Source: Candidatus Thorarchaeota archaeon
GTDB taxonomy: Archaea; Asgardarchaeota; Thorarchaeia; Thorarchaeales; Thorarchaeaceae
Length of the DNA: 52,030 bases
NCBI GenBank assembly: GCA_011364905.1
Contig: RDNZ01000010.1
Span: 1 to 52,030 of the forward strand
Direction: 5' to 3'
Shown in pieces: positions 29,203-38,959 of the stretch. Under the pieces are notes generated by a model that was not told the DNA's origin, ran no database searches, and saw only the letters and a list, made by a program, of their open reading frames with translations. A program made the position numbers and the translations under genes. Numbering within the stretch: position 1 is the first letter of the stretch; each line of letters opens with the position of its first letter.

Positions 29203-29417
29203 ACGCGATACCTTCAATCAACGAAACTGGTAATATTCGAACTAACTTGCTCATCAATCTTTTGAAGTCGAGAAAACACATGGTCCAATTGTTCAATTGT
29301 GATATCGCGCTCTAGCGAACAGGCGCCGATACTGGGGTCGGATAACTTCGCCGAGTCTCAACCAGACTGAAACAAAATCGATTAATGAAGGAATAAACAT
29401 CCAACGAACATTATTAG

Positions 29418-29726
29418 ATGCAAAAAACCGATAGTTTTGGTATGACCACTGACTCAGAGGAATTTGAGGACATTATTCGGGTCATCGAAGGGGTCCATTG
29501 CGCCAAGGGCCCCAAGGGATGCAAGAAATGTCAAGATGCGGGAATCCAGAACAAGCTCTGTCTGATTCGCATCTATAAAGAAGCCAGCGAAGAACCTCGC
29601 CCGGTCATTGAACTAGAGAGGGATGACCAGCAATATTTCACTTACGATGTTCTGAAGTGCTTCGACACCATGCAGGAGGCGCGGGACTACGCACTGGAAA
29701 ATGAGGTCTGGGATGTCGAATACTGA
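29418..29726 (+). CDS. Small hypothetical protein with a Cys cluster
   Basis: HCAKGPKGCKKC...LC; clean ORF of 102 aa. Confidence 0.65.
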   Translation: MQKTDSFGMTTDSEEFEDIIRVIEGVHCAKGPKGCKKCQDAGIQNKLCLIRIYKEASEEPRPVIELERDDQQYFTYDVLKCFDTMQEARDYALENEVWDVEY

Positions 29727-29788
29727 ATTACCACAGTGAAGCTGCAATAACCATACAGATATAGCGAAAACGGCACACCTAGGAACAC

Positions 29789-30289
29789 ATGAAGGATGAT
29801 GAGTGCATAGAAAGGGTCACAATAACCGTATTCCCGCCAATGTCAGGAATTGGCATCGTGGAAGCAGATCCTGTGGTTGAGGATGAAGATGCATGCGGAG
29901 ACACCTCATCTTCTGGAATCGCCGTAGATGTTTCAAAAGCAGATACAGTCGTGGTTAAACTGCAATCAGGGGATCCTATGCAGAAGATTAGCAGATTATT
30001 GGAGCAGGCCCAACGCAAGTTTGGTGAGAGTATTTGCATACGATGGGCAAGTTATGATAGTAAGGAGAAGCTCGATGATGCAGTAGAATGGTTGAATGCA
30101 GCTCTACGTGGGAGCGGAGATACCACTGTGTTAGACGAACATGGATTCTCTTCGTTTGTTGGAGCTTCAGCACCCATCTTGTCGATTAACAACAGACTCT
30201 CTTTTGTCGGCATGATCCCTAGTGAGAGCCAGTTTTTATCCAGAGTTGGAGCATCAATCAGGATTTTTGAGGAAGGCGCTGGTAATTAA
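29789..30289 (+). CDS. Hypothetical protein, possibly thioredoxin-like fold
   Basis: C-terminal APILSINNRLSFVGMIPSE resembles thioredoxin-fold cis-Pro strands. Confidence 0.6.
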   Translation: MKDDECIERVTITVFPPMSGIGIVEADPVVEDEDACGDTSSSGIAVDVSKADTVVVKLQSGDPMQKISRLLEQAQRKFGESICIRWASYDSKEKLDDAVEWLNAALRGSGDTTVLDEHGFSSFVGASAPILSINNRLSFVGMIPSESQFLSRVGASIRIFEEGAGN

Positions 30290-30299
30290 GCTCTGATGT

Positions 30300-32393
30300 T
30301 CAATCAGAGGTTCTTAATCGTTTTACATGCAACCGTCCACTCTTTATTAGAATCACAACAACGACTGGAATTGCCACAGCTAGAGAGATTGTCAAGGGAA
30401 TTGCCAGACCCAAGAATCCTTGAGAGGAGGGGACTTCACCATAGATTAACAGTGTTCCAACCTGTTGTTCATTATTTGTTACGCTAATCTGAATATAGTT
30501 CACAGTGTTGGGGAGATCAGATAGTTCAATGTGGAAGTCATTGGGTTGCCAGTGAGGCAGGAATTCGAACGATTGGGAGTAGAACTCAGCCCCATTGACG
30601 ATGACCCTCAATGTTCCATTGGTTATCGCATCCACTTTGTAGCTATTCCATGTTGTTAGGTCCAGAGATAATGTCTTGGCTGTCAAGTCTAGATTCATTG
30701 TTTCATTATTTACATGTATCAGAGGAGCAGTATAGAATCGCTCAAGTCTGTGAGTCCAGTAGTAGGTGTTGTTCTCGCCAGGTACTCGGAGCTCCCAGGC
30801 AATCTCACCGCTTTTCGTGACCTCAGTGAGGATAACAGGGTCAGGCACGCTATTTGTTAATGCTTTATCAGCAAAGATGCCAATTGTGTTTCCATTCGGT
30901 AATCGGTCCGCATCACCGCCAGAGTCCTGAAAGTAGTATGACGTATTCTTGGGATCCCAAACCCATACCTCTTGCATTATCTGACTGGTTTCATTTACGG
31001 TAAACTCCACCATTCGAGAATATCCTTCATCGCTGCCGAAGGTCATTGTTGTCGGATGGTTAGGGTTGTAAAGATCATTATCGTAGATGATGAAGCGATT
31101 TGGTCCAATCTTTTCCAAACTATGAGGATGATGGAATATCGAGTCGACCTCATCCCCTGTGATGTTCAGTACTTTGAAGTCGCCCCATCGACCAGCCGCC
31201 CAAACAATGTTCTTGGTGTTCTTGTCGATTTTGAGAATCGTATCCAGATTTCGGACATTGAGGTATATCATGTTGTCTTCCTTGTCCCAGGTGAAGCTGT
31301 TTGAGTGCATCCAATCGGCCCCAGTCCTGAAGGTCTCATTGAGACCGAGGCTGGTGTGCATGGTGGCATTGAATGGATATTCATCCCGTCCATCCCATTG
31401 CCAAATAAGAGTGCCATTGCTGGTGTACTCGGACAGTACATCATAGAGCACAGGTCGGCCATCCCACATCTCGGAAGAGTAGGCGTTTTCGAGAACCAGA
31501 TATGTATCCGTCACTGGATTGTAATCCAACTCATGATGACCACCTGGGACTGGCAAGGTCACGACCGCACCAGTCCTGTAATTCCACAATTGAGCATTAC
31601 CTTCAGCTCCTCCCATGAGCACTGTAGTGGAGTTGATGAATTTGTGGACCCACTGAACAGTATTATCAAGTTCAGCTAGCACACGGCCTGCATGGTCAAT
31701 GACAACTAAATGGCCAACACCAAATGTGGAAGAGCCATTGTCAATTATTATCTCTGTACAAGGAAACAGAGTAAGACCTTGTTCGTATAATTCAGGGTGA
31801 TCCTGCGTGATGACGAACTTCAGAGATGTATCGACAAAATCAATACTTGTGCCCATAAGAGTCGAGGCGATGATCTGGGTCAATCGGTCTATCTTGAGTG
31901 CGTCACCTAAGGGACCGGTGAAGTCAAGGTTACCTTTTTGGAATGATGACACCGCAGTTTCTTGCTGGGTGAGAATTTGAATCATGGTGTCCAGGTTCAA
32001 AGTTATGTTAACGTCATATTCAGTAGGAGGAGTTGGACCAGTGTAAATGGTTAGGGCCCCTTCAGATGTTATGAACCAGAAATAACCAGAGCCAACCACA
32101 TCGAATACAGTTGTCTTGTCCCATCCTTGAACTATGTCATGCACAAGTGGAGAGTGGTCCGCAACATATTGAGATATGGTGATGAAGTCTTCTAGGTCAT
32201 TCCATGAAAATGTCCCTTCGGAGAGCTTGGTCTTCATGTCATCCCTGATCAAAATAATCTCCGCTGGAGCATCATCCAAGTTAAAGGGCTCTGGGGCTGG
32301 TGGATACAGAATGTTCATCAGAATTAATGCAGTGGGAATTGTTACTAAGAGAATAATCGTCACTGCAACGAGCCCTTTTGTTCGTCTTCGCAT
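30300..32393 (-). CDS. Arylsulfate sulfotransferase (ASST)-like beta-propeller fused to an SCP2-like domain, membrane-anchored
   Basis: GHHEL, DWMHSNS, HHPHSL, GGDADRLPNGNT (ASST); YDVNITLNLDT...FQKGNLDFTG...ALK (SCP2-like); TM at both ends. Confidence 0.8.
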   Translation of the reverse strand: MRRRTKGLVAVTIILLVTIPTALILMNILYPPAPEPFNLDDAPAEIILIRDDMKTKLSEGTFSWNDLEDFITISQYVADHSPLVHDIVQGWDKTTVFDVVGSGYFWFITSEGALTIYTGPTPPTEYDVNITLNLDTMIQILTQQETAVSSFQKGNLDFTGPLGDALKIDRLTQIIASTLMGTSIDFVDTSLKFVITQDHPELYEQGLTLFPCTEIIIDNGSSTFGVGHLVVIDHAGRVLAELDNTVQWVHKFINSTTVLMGGAEGNAQLWNYRTGAVVTLPVPGGHHELDYNPVTDTYLVLENAYSSEMWDGRPVLYDVLSEYTSNGTLIWQWDGRDEYPFNATMHTSLGLNETFRTGADWMHSNSFTWDKEDNMIYLNVRNLDTILKIDKNTKNIVWAAGRWGDFKVLNITGDEVDSIFHHPHSLEKIGPNRFIIYDNDLYNPNHPTTMTFGSDEGYSRMVEFTVNETSQIMQEVWVWDPKNTSYYFQDSGGDADRLPNGNTIGIFADKALTNSVPDPVILTEVTKSGEIAWELRVPGENNTYYWTHRLERFYTAPLIHVNNETMNLDLTAKTLSLDLTTWNSYKVDAITNGTLRVIVNGAEFYSQSFEFLPHWQPNDFHIELSDLPNTVNYIQISVTNNEQQVGTLLIYGEVPSSQGFLGLAIPLTISLAVAIPVVVVILIKSGRLHVKRLRTSD

Positions 32394-32442
32394 GGAGTGC
32401 TCACAGGTTGATGGTGTTTAAAAGCCTAATCTTAAAATTATG

Positions 32443-33429
32443 TCATTCGGAGTGTTTTATGAGGATTGATTCAAGTTCATCTTTGGTGATGTTGCCTCCA
32501 CTCACAACCGCAACAACATGCTTTCCCATGAATTCGCTGCTTTTTTCTAGAATAAATGCGGTTGAGGTGGCTCCTGCTCCTTCCACCAGTAACTGCTCCT
32601 GCTGATAGAGAACTCGCATCGCATTAAGGATTGACTCTTCTTTCACCAGAACGACTCGGTCAACTTTCTCTTGGATTATATCAAGAGTGATCGAATCTGG
32701 CTCAACACCTCCCATCAAGCCTTGCGCAAGTGAGTCAGATTCTTTCGAATCAACCCAGTGTCCAGCTTTCCAAGACTCATACACCTCTGGAGAAACCTCA
32801 GATTGAACGCCAATGACCTCTGTGTTCGGTTTTGCGGCTTTGATAGCTATAGCAATACCTGAGATGAGACCTCCACCTCCGATTGGCACAATCACTGAAT
32901 CGATGGAATCGAGCTGCTCTGTGAGTTCAAGACCAGACGTGCCAGCCCCTGCGATAATCATAGGATCACTGTAGGGACTTACGTAAGTCAAACTCCGTTC
33001 TGCAGCCAGTTTTCTCGCACGAGTTTCAATATGTGCATAGTCTACATCTTGTATGACTTGCACGCCAGCATCAAGCATTTTCTTCAGTTTCACTTCAGAC
33101 GCTTCTGTAGGGAATACGACTGCAGCCGAAATTCCAAGTTGTGATGCAGCGAAAGCAGTGCCGAGTCCATGATTACCTGTGGAGGCGGTTATCACTCCTT
33201 TTGCGACCTCATCTTTTCCAAGTGTCATCAATCGGTTCAAAGCACCTCTGACCTTGAACGACCCCGTGACCTGTACATTCTCCAACTTCAGATGCACAGA
33301 GCCTCCTATCAACTCACTAAGATATTGGGAACGGTGGACTGGGGTTAGTTTAATGTAGTCTTTAATCCGCTCCCGTGCTTGTTCAATATCACGAAGTGAA
33401 ACCACTGAACTATCTCCCGTTGACACCAT
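32443..33429 (-). CDS. PLP-dependent threonine/serine dehydratase (no regulatory domain)
   Basis: KLENVQVTGSFKVRGA, ASTGNHG, PIGGGGLISG, SGGN. Confidence 0.93.
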   Translation of the reverse strand: MVSTGDSSVVSLRDIEQARERIKDYIKLTPVHRSQYLSELIGGSVHLKLENVQVTGSFKVRGALNRLMTLGKDEVAKGVITASTGNHGLGTAFAASQLGISAAVVFPTEASEVKLKKMLDAGVQVIQDVDYAHIETRARKLAAERSLTYVSPYSDPMIIAGAGTSGLELTEQLDSIDSVIVPIGGGGLISGIAIAIKAAKPNTEVIGVQSEVSPEVYESWKAGHWVDSKESDSLAQGLMGGVEPDSITLDIIQEKVDRVVLVKEESILNAMRVLYQQEQLLVEGAGATSTAFILEKSSEFMGKHVVAVVSGGNITKDELESILIKHSE

Positions 33430-33573
33430 ACTGAGAATCAAAGAGGTATATGTGAGAGTTCATTCATAAATACCTAAGAACCTTGTCAAAATAGTTGCCA
33501 ATTGCCAAGACTTAACTTGCGGAATCTTCAGGGTCGTGTTCAGTACTATAATTGAAAACTGAGGAAAGGACTA

Positions 33574-35109
33574 ATGGATACCAGGAAAGCGGTTATTGTA
33601 CTAATCCTACTCGTCCTCGTTGTTTCTGTCACCTTCATCGTGTTCCAAACGAACAACACAAACAGCCCCCCAAATGTCACAATTGTTACTCCTATCGATG
33701 ACTCGTTTGTTTCTGATTCAGTCACGATTCAGATAACAGTGGAGGACGAGGAGTCGCTAACACCAGACATTTACATCAATGACCAATACATGGCCACAAG
33801 CCTATCCATAGTCTGGAACACGACCTCGATTGCTAACGGGGAATATTCTATTCTAGCCAATGTGACGGATAGTGGTGGCCTGAGTGATAACGCTTCAATT
33901 CGGGTCACAGTTTTCAATAGTCACGTTACTCTCAACTTTACTGGCGAATTCAAGGTCATGACCTATAACATTGAGGAAAGTGGAATCAACCCAGACTGGA
34001 AAGAGGTTGTGAAGGAGGAAGATCCCGATATCATGATCCTTGTTGAAACAGGCACTTGGGATAACAACAATGACTTTCTTTTGAATCAGGCCGTAATCGA
34101 GTTCAACGCATATTTCTCACAAGAAGCACCCTATGAAGGATATACAGCCCAGGGGATTGGATTCTCAACAAGCGGCGAAGCAATCCTGAGTAGGTTTCCC
34201 ATTCTCAATTTCACACAGATACCGGTTGTGCCTCTGGATGATGGGACAGACTATGACGTTACTCACGATTTCATCCATGCAGTGGTTGACATCAATGGAA
34301 CTAATGTGAACATTATTGGAGTACATCTCAAAGCGAGTAGCGGTGAAACAAACGAACATCGCCGTGAATGGGAAACTGAAGGCATCATCAATTACATGGA
34401 TGAGTTGGGCGAAGTGCCGATTATGTATATGGGAGACCTCAACTCCTTTTCGCCAGCCGACACAGGGGATTTGGCCCCTACTGGAGACCTCGGTTATGGA
34501 CCACTAACGATGATGCTGTACCCTGATGATCCAGTCTATGGTCAGTTTTCATCCAAAGTCCACAACTTCACAGATGTCTTTCGTACTTTGAATCCAACAG
34601 ACCCAGGATACACATTTGGGCATACAAATCCAGCACTCACCGCACGTATCGATTACATACTGGTCAACTCGTTCTTCTCTGGAGAACTCATCAACTCCAC
34701 TTGTGACGACACCGCATATTCTGACACGGGATCTGACCATTACTCGGTTGATGCCTTCATCGGATGGAACTCCACAAGTCATTCTGCTGGAGAACTTCCA
34801 CTCTTTAATCAGAATACAACAGATACAGAGCTCAGTAATGCAGGTGATGATGTGAATCTGATAAAACCAGATGGCACAACTGTTCAGGACATCTATTGCT
34901 ACGTATACTCTAGCAATGATGTGAGCTGCGGTCGAGAAACTGATGGCGGTCCCATTTCCGCTGCACTCACGGCTCTAACGCCAAGAGCAAGATACATTGG
35001 ATTAGGAGTTCCAGAACTGAATTACTGGATCCTCGTGGAGGACTTTGTTCAATGCGTCAACAAACCTGTCGGCATTCTCCTTGGTGAAAACGAGTGGTGG
35101 CTTGATTAG
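33574..35109 (+). CDS. Secreted endonuclease/exonuclease/phosphatase (EEP) protein with an Ig-like domain
   Basis: VMTYNI, PDIMILVE, GVHL, MGDLNS, RIDYIL, GSDHY; N-terminal TM and Ig-like domain. The 3' end overlaps the convergent gene by 108 nt. Confidence 0.85.
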   Translation: MDTRKAVIVLILLVLVVSVTFIVFQTNNTNSPPNVTIVTPIDDSFVSDSVTIQITVEDEESLTPDIYINDQYMATSLSIVWNTTSIANGEYSILANVTDSGGLSDNASIRVTVFNSHVTLNFTGEFKVMTYNIEESGINPDWKEVVKEEDPDIMILVETGTWDNNNDFLLNQAVIEFNAYFSQEAPYEGYTAQGIGFSTSGEAILSRFPILNFTQIPVVPLDDGTDYDVTHDFIHAVVDINGTNVNIIGVHLKASSGETNEHRREWETEGIINYMDELGEVPIMYMGDLNSFSPADTGDLAPTGDLGYGPLTMMLYPDDPVYGQFSSKVHNFTDVFRTLNPTDPGYTFGHTNPALTARIDYILVNSFFSGELINSTCDDTAYSDTGSDHYSVDAFIGWNSTSHSAGELPLFNQNTTDTELSNAGDDVNLIKPDGTTVQDIYCYVYSSNDVSCGRETDGGPISAALTALTPRARYIGLGVPELNYWILVEDFVQCVNKPVGILLGENEWWLD

Positions 35110-38064
35110 AAGGACGTTGTGAAGGGGTCCATCAAGACTGATGAGAATTCGCAGATCTCGAAGACGCTCCACTACATATTCAGTTTCATGTATTGCAGGC
35201 TCTAGGGTTTCACGGTCCCTCACTAGCTCAACTCCGATGAACAGACCATGACCACGTACATCCCCAAGGACTTTGTGACTGCGCCTCAGTTCCTTCAAAC
35301 GTTTGAGTAGATGGGTACCGACCTTCTTCGCATTCTGTTGTAGTTTCTCGCTTTCAATCTCATCTAAGACTGCCATTCCTACTGCACAGGAGACCGTGTT
35401 CCCCCCGGTAGTGCTGAAAAACTCCATACCAGTGTTGAACGACTGGGCGATTTCCTTGGTTGTAACCACCGCACCAATAGGGTGACCATTTCCAATCGGC
35501 TTTCCCATGGTCACGATATCGGGAATAATACCCTGAGTCTCAAATCCCCAGAACTTGTCGCCCATTCTACCAAAACCCACCTGAACCTCATCAGCAATGC
35601 AAACCCCCCCAGCCTTTCGCACATACTTGCATGCCTCAGCTAGATAGCCTTTCGGGAGGATGATTTGACCTCCAGACCCCATAAGCGATTCAAAAATGAA
35701 AGCAGCAACTCCTCTTCCCCAATCCCTTATTCTCTCAATGGCTCTGAGAACATCTTCTGCGTACTCTTTTCCTGCGCTTGACCCTCGGAATTCGCCACGA
35801 TAAGTGTTTGGCATCCTCACGACCTGGACATGGGAAGGAGCCCCCTCACCGCCAGGTCCATTATGTTTGTATGAACTAATGTTGATCAGCTCAGAGGTGT
35901 TTCCATGATAGGCCCCATCAATAGCAATGATATCTTGATGCTTAGTATGAGTCTTAGCCAATCTCAAAGCGAGCTCATTTGCTTCACTCCCACTATTGAC
36001 AAAGAAGCAGACACTGAGCTTTTTTGGTAGCTTTGATGTCAACCGTCTTGCATACTGCACCAGATTCCGATGGAGGTATCTCGTATTGGTATTCAGGACA
36101 GCAGCCTGCTGACTCAGCACTTTGACAATTCTTGGATTGCCATGACCGACCTGAGGGACATTATTGCGGACATCTAGGTACTCACGACCATTCTCATCAT
36201 AGAGGTATTGCATGAATCCTCGGACTATTGTCAAAGGTTTCGTGTAAGAAACTCCTAGCGATTGGCCAATTAACTCACGGCGACTGTCTAGAATCTCTTC
36301 CTGAGTAGGATTAGACTTTGGAAAAAGTGCCATGGGGATCTGAAGAATCAGATTCGGATCTGGACATATACTGAGCCAGATGTTTCGTTTGCTGGGCGGA
36401 GCAACACCAAAGAGGTCACCCTTCTGGTCCAACATGTCCACGATGAGTTGAAAGTGGAGATGCGATGGCCAGCCACCATTGTCAGGATATCTGCCTACTG
36501 CTCCGATTTGCTCCCCTTTCTTCACAGCCTGTCCAATGTTGAGACCATCTAGTGAGCCCCGAGTCAGATGACTGTAGAGGATATAGAAGGAGGGACCATG
36601 GGATGTGGTCTTGTGCTCAATAACAATCGTCGGGCCATTGTCCAGCAGTTTTGCATTGTCTTGAAAACTGTGGATAACACCATCATGGACCGCAAAGACT
36701 GGAGTACCACCTTCAACAAACAGATCGAGAGCAAGATGTATGGTTCGACTCTCATTTCCCGGTTCAAGGTACTGACTGCCAGTATAGATCAAGCGGGCCT
36801 CATTGTATCTACCGACACCTATGTTTACCCCAGATGCCTTGAGTTTAGCAGAAACGAGCTCTCCGAAGCTCTGATGGTCGGCGAGTTGAAGGGGGGATTC
36901 GACATCAAGACTCTCGACACTGAGGTCAAGAACTTGAGTGTTTGTTTCATTTAGGGGAAGTCCAATGGGACTTGCGAATGACTTAGAGTTCTTTTTCAAC
37001 CATTCCACTACTCTTAATGAATCTGGGCAAGGTTTGAGATTGGCGGCAGCTCTGAAGCAATAGGCTGCAAACCGATGATGGACCCCTCTGAGAAAGACCA
37101 GTGTTGACCAAGCAGATGTTTGACTGACACTTAGATACTCGTTATCAGGTTCAAGCTGCAGCTGTTGAGCAGCAATTGACACACTCATCGCAAGTCTTGT
37201 ACAGATGAGAGGAAAAAGCACATCAAGTTCAATGTCTGAAAGTGGAAAAACACTACGATACCCAGAAATAATCTTCTGGGCAACACCCAATGGATCTGGT
37301 TTGTCGAGAATGGCATATGCGATAGCAACCGCTAGTTCGTTAATCGTGTACGAAAAAACCATATCCCCGAAGTCTAGGATACCGAAGGAGCGCTCCTCAT
37401 TGTTATGGGCATTGTTGACAATTATATTGAAGTCATTCGCATCATTGTGTATGACACTACTTCTTAACAAATCAGCCTGTGGCACAACAATCGTTTCATA
37501 GAGTTCCAAGAAATCCTCAACGAGACCTCTCTTCTCTTCATCTAGGATGAGATCCTTATACATCCTAATTACAGAACTAGCCTTCTGCAAGTCCCAGTAA
37601 AACTCACGATGAGCAGCTGGATGGTCAAATCCTCCTAGACCTTTACTAACGCAGCCTATGAAGCGGCCATAGTCAACAAGCAGCTCAGGAGAATGGGGGT
37701 TGACTCGAGCCAGTTCTTTGCCTGGAAGAAAGGAAACTAGACGCACAAAGTGTTTCTTTGAATCATTCGACTCTATTCTTTCAATTTCAAGGCCTTTGAG
37801 ACTTCGCTTTACGACTGGAAAGTCATACCCGGAGCATGATTCTGATAGTTGACGCGTGGCACTGTTCTGCATTTCAATTGTGGACTGGTCTTCCGAAGCC
37901 GCTGTAATCTTCAGAACATACTCAGTTCCGTCCTCAGCGACCAGATGAAAGTTCTGATCGCGTTCACTAGGCAATTCCTCAAGAGACCCTGATAGACCAT
38001 AGAGTGACTTGACAAGTGCAAGCGCTTCATCAACACTGAATTTGGGTCTCTCGGCATCTCTCAC
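35002..38064 (-). CDS. Fusion of APH-type kinase, M23-like domain and class III aminotransferase/phospho-lyase (hydroxylysine kinase / AGXT2L-type)
   Basis: [19 protein letters not shown]; HLALD...YSH...HLHFQ; [26 protein letters not shown]. Confidence 0.9.
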   Translation of the reverse strand: MRDAERPKFSVDEALALVKSLYGLSGSLEELPSERDQNFHLVAEDGTEYVLKITAASEDQSTIEMQNSATRQLSESCSGYDFPVVKRSLKGLEIERIESNDSKKHFVRLVSFLPGKELARVNPHSPELLVDYGRFIGCVSKGLGGFDHPAAHREFYWDLQKASSVIRMYKDLILDEEKRGLVEDFLELYETIVVPQADLLRSSVIHNDANDFNIIVNNAHNNEERSFGILDFGDMVFSYTINELAVAIAYAILDKPDPLGVAQKIISGYRSVFPLSDIELDVLFPLICTRLAMSVSIAAQQLQLEPDNEYLSVSQTSAWSTLVFLRGVHHRFAAYCFRAAANLKPCPDSLRVVEWLKKNSKSFASPIGLPLNETNTQVLDLSVESLDVESPLQLADHQSFGELVSAKLKASGVNIGVGRYNEARLIYTGSQYLEPGNESRTIHLALDLFVEGGTPVFAVHDGVIHSFQDNAKLLDNGPTIVIEHKTTSHGPSFYILYSHLTRGSLDGLNIGQAVKKGEQIGAVGRYPDNGGWPSHLHFQLIVDMLDQKGDLFGVAPPSKRNIWLSICPDPNLILQIPMALFPKSNPTQEEILDSRRELIGQSLGVSYTKPLTIVRGFMQYLYDENGREYLDVRNNVPQVGHGNPRIVKVLSQQAAVLNTNTRYLHRNLVQYARRLTSKLPKKLSVCFFVNSGSEANELALRLAKTHTKHQDIIAIDGAYHGNTSELINISSYKHNGPGGEGAPSHVQVVRMPNTYRGEFRGSSAGKEYAEDVLRAIERIRDWGRGVAAFIFESLMGSGGQIILPKGYLAEACKYVRKAGGVCIADEVQVGFGRMGDKFWGFETQGIIPDIVTMGKPIGNGHPIGAVVTTKEIAQSFNTGMEFFSTTGGNTVSCAVGMAVLDEIESEKLQQNAKKVGTHLLKRLKELRRSHKVLGDVRGHGLFIGVELVRDRETLEPAIHETEYVVERLRDLRILISLDGPLHNVLLIKPPLVFTKENADRFVDALNKVLHEDPVIQFWNS

Positions 38065-38192
38065 GGAGAATCCACCTCATTCAATCGTACAAAATACAAT
38101 CATCGCCATAAATGTGAGCGTTTTCATTTCTGCAGGTTGTGGCAGACCGCTTGAGGTCCGCAATCGCCAAGGTTGAGAGAAGAAATAGAATG

Positions 38193-38699
38193 CTAATCCT
38201 GATGCGAGAGATTACGGAGCTCTTGGGTCTCAAGGAAGTTGTCCATGACAAACATTGTTAGTGTCCTATCTACCGCAGGCAACTCTCGAAGGAATCCCAC
38301 AATGAACTGGTTCATCTCTTGAACATCCGTAGTGCGGACTTTCAGGAAAACATCGTATTGGCCGCTCAAGACATAGACCTCCTGCACGAAGGGATGTTTT
38401 GCTATCTCTTGACAGAACTTTCTCTGTGATACCAGATCAGGTTCCCCAGGAACACGATATCTAATTGTGACAAAAATCAAAGCGAGAGTCGGTCGATTGA
38501 GCAACACGGGATCGAGAATAGCACTATATTGTTTGATTATCTTGTCCTCCTCAAGTGCTTTGATTCTTGCATGCACCGTTGAGATACCCTTACCAACAGC
38601 TTCGGATATTCTCTGTACACCGAGCTTGCAGTCCTCCTGCAGCAATTCCAAAATCTTGAGGTTGATTTCATCGATTGTAGATTGACGCGTTTTTGACAT
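38193..38699 (-). CDS. Lrp/AsnC-family transcriptional regulator
   Basis: IDEINLKILELLQED...STVHARIKALEE HTH; LSGQYDVFLKV RAM domain. Confidence 0.95.
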   Translation of the reverse strand: MSKTRQSTIDEINLKILELLQEDCKLGVQRISEAVGKGISTVHARIKALEEDKIIKQYSAILDPVLLNRPTLALIFVTIRYRVPGEPDLVSQRKFCQEIAKHPFVQEVYVLSGQYDVFLKVRTTDVQEMNQFIVGFLRELPAVDRTLTMFVMDNFLETQELRNLSHQD

Positions 38700-38959
38700 G
38701 CTACCACGTTCCGAAAAGTATTCGGGAATAGGGGCAATTCATCGAAATTCTTGATAAATATTCCTCAATATTGTGAGTGTTGTGCAGACGAGAAGAAATG
38801 CGTATCTCGGGGCGGGTTTTCGAAAAAGATGCATTTTTTGTAACGAGGAAAGACATAGAGAAATGCAGGAGATTCTGACAGATTGACCGAAAAGATTTCA
38901 CATCGAATCCGATAAGAGTTAATACTCCCGTGTGGTGGTCTATCTTTTCTGTGGTTGAT

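Noticed and set aside
29418-30289. Selenocysteine/pyrrolysine readthrough
   Set aside because: No in-frame TGA/TAG at a catalytic position with continued homology was noticed here or elsewhere in the window.
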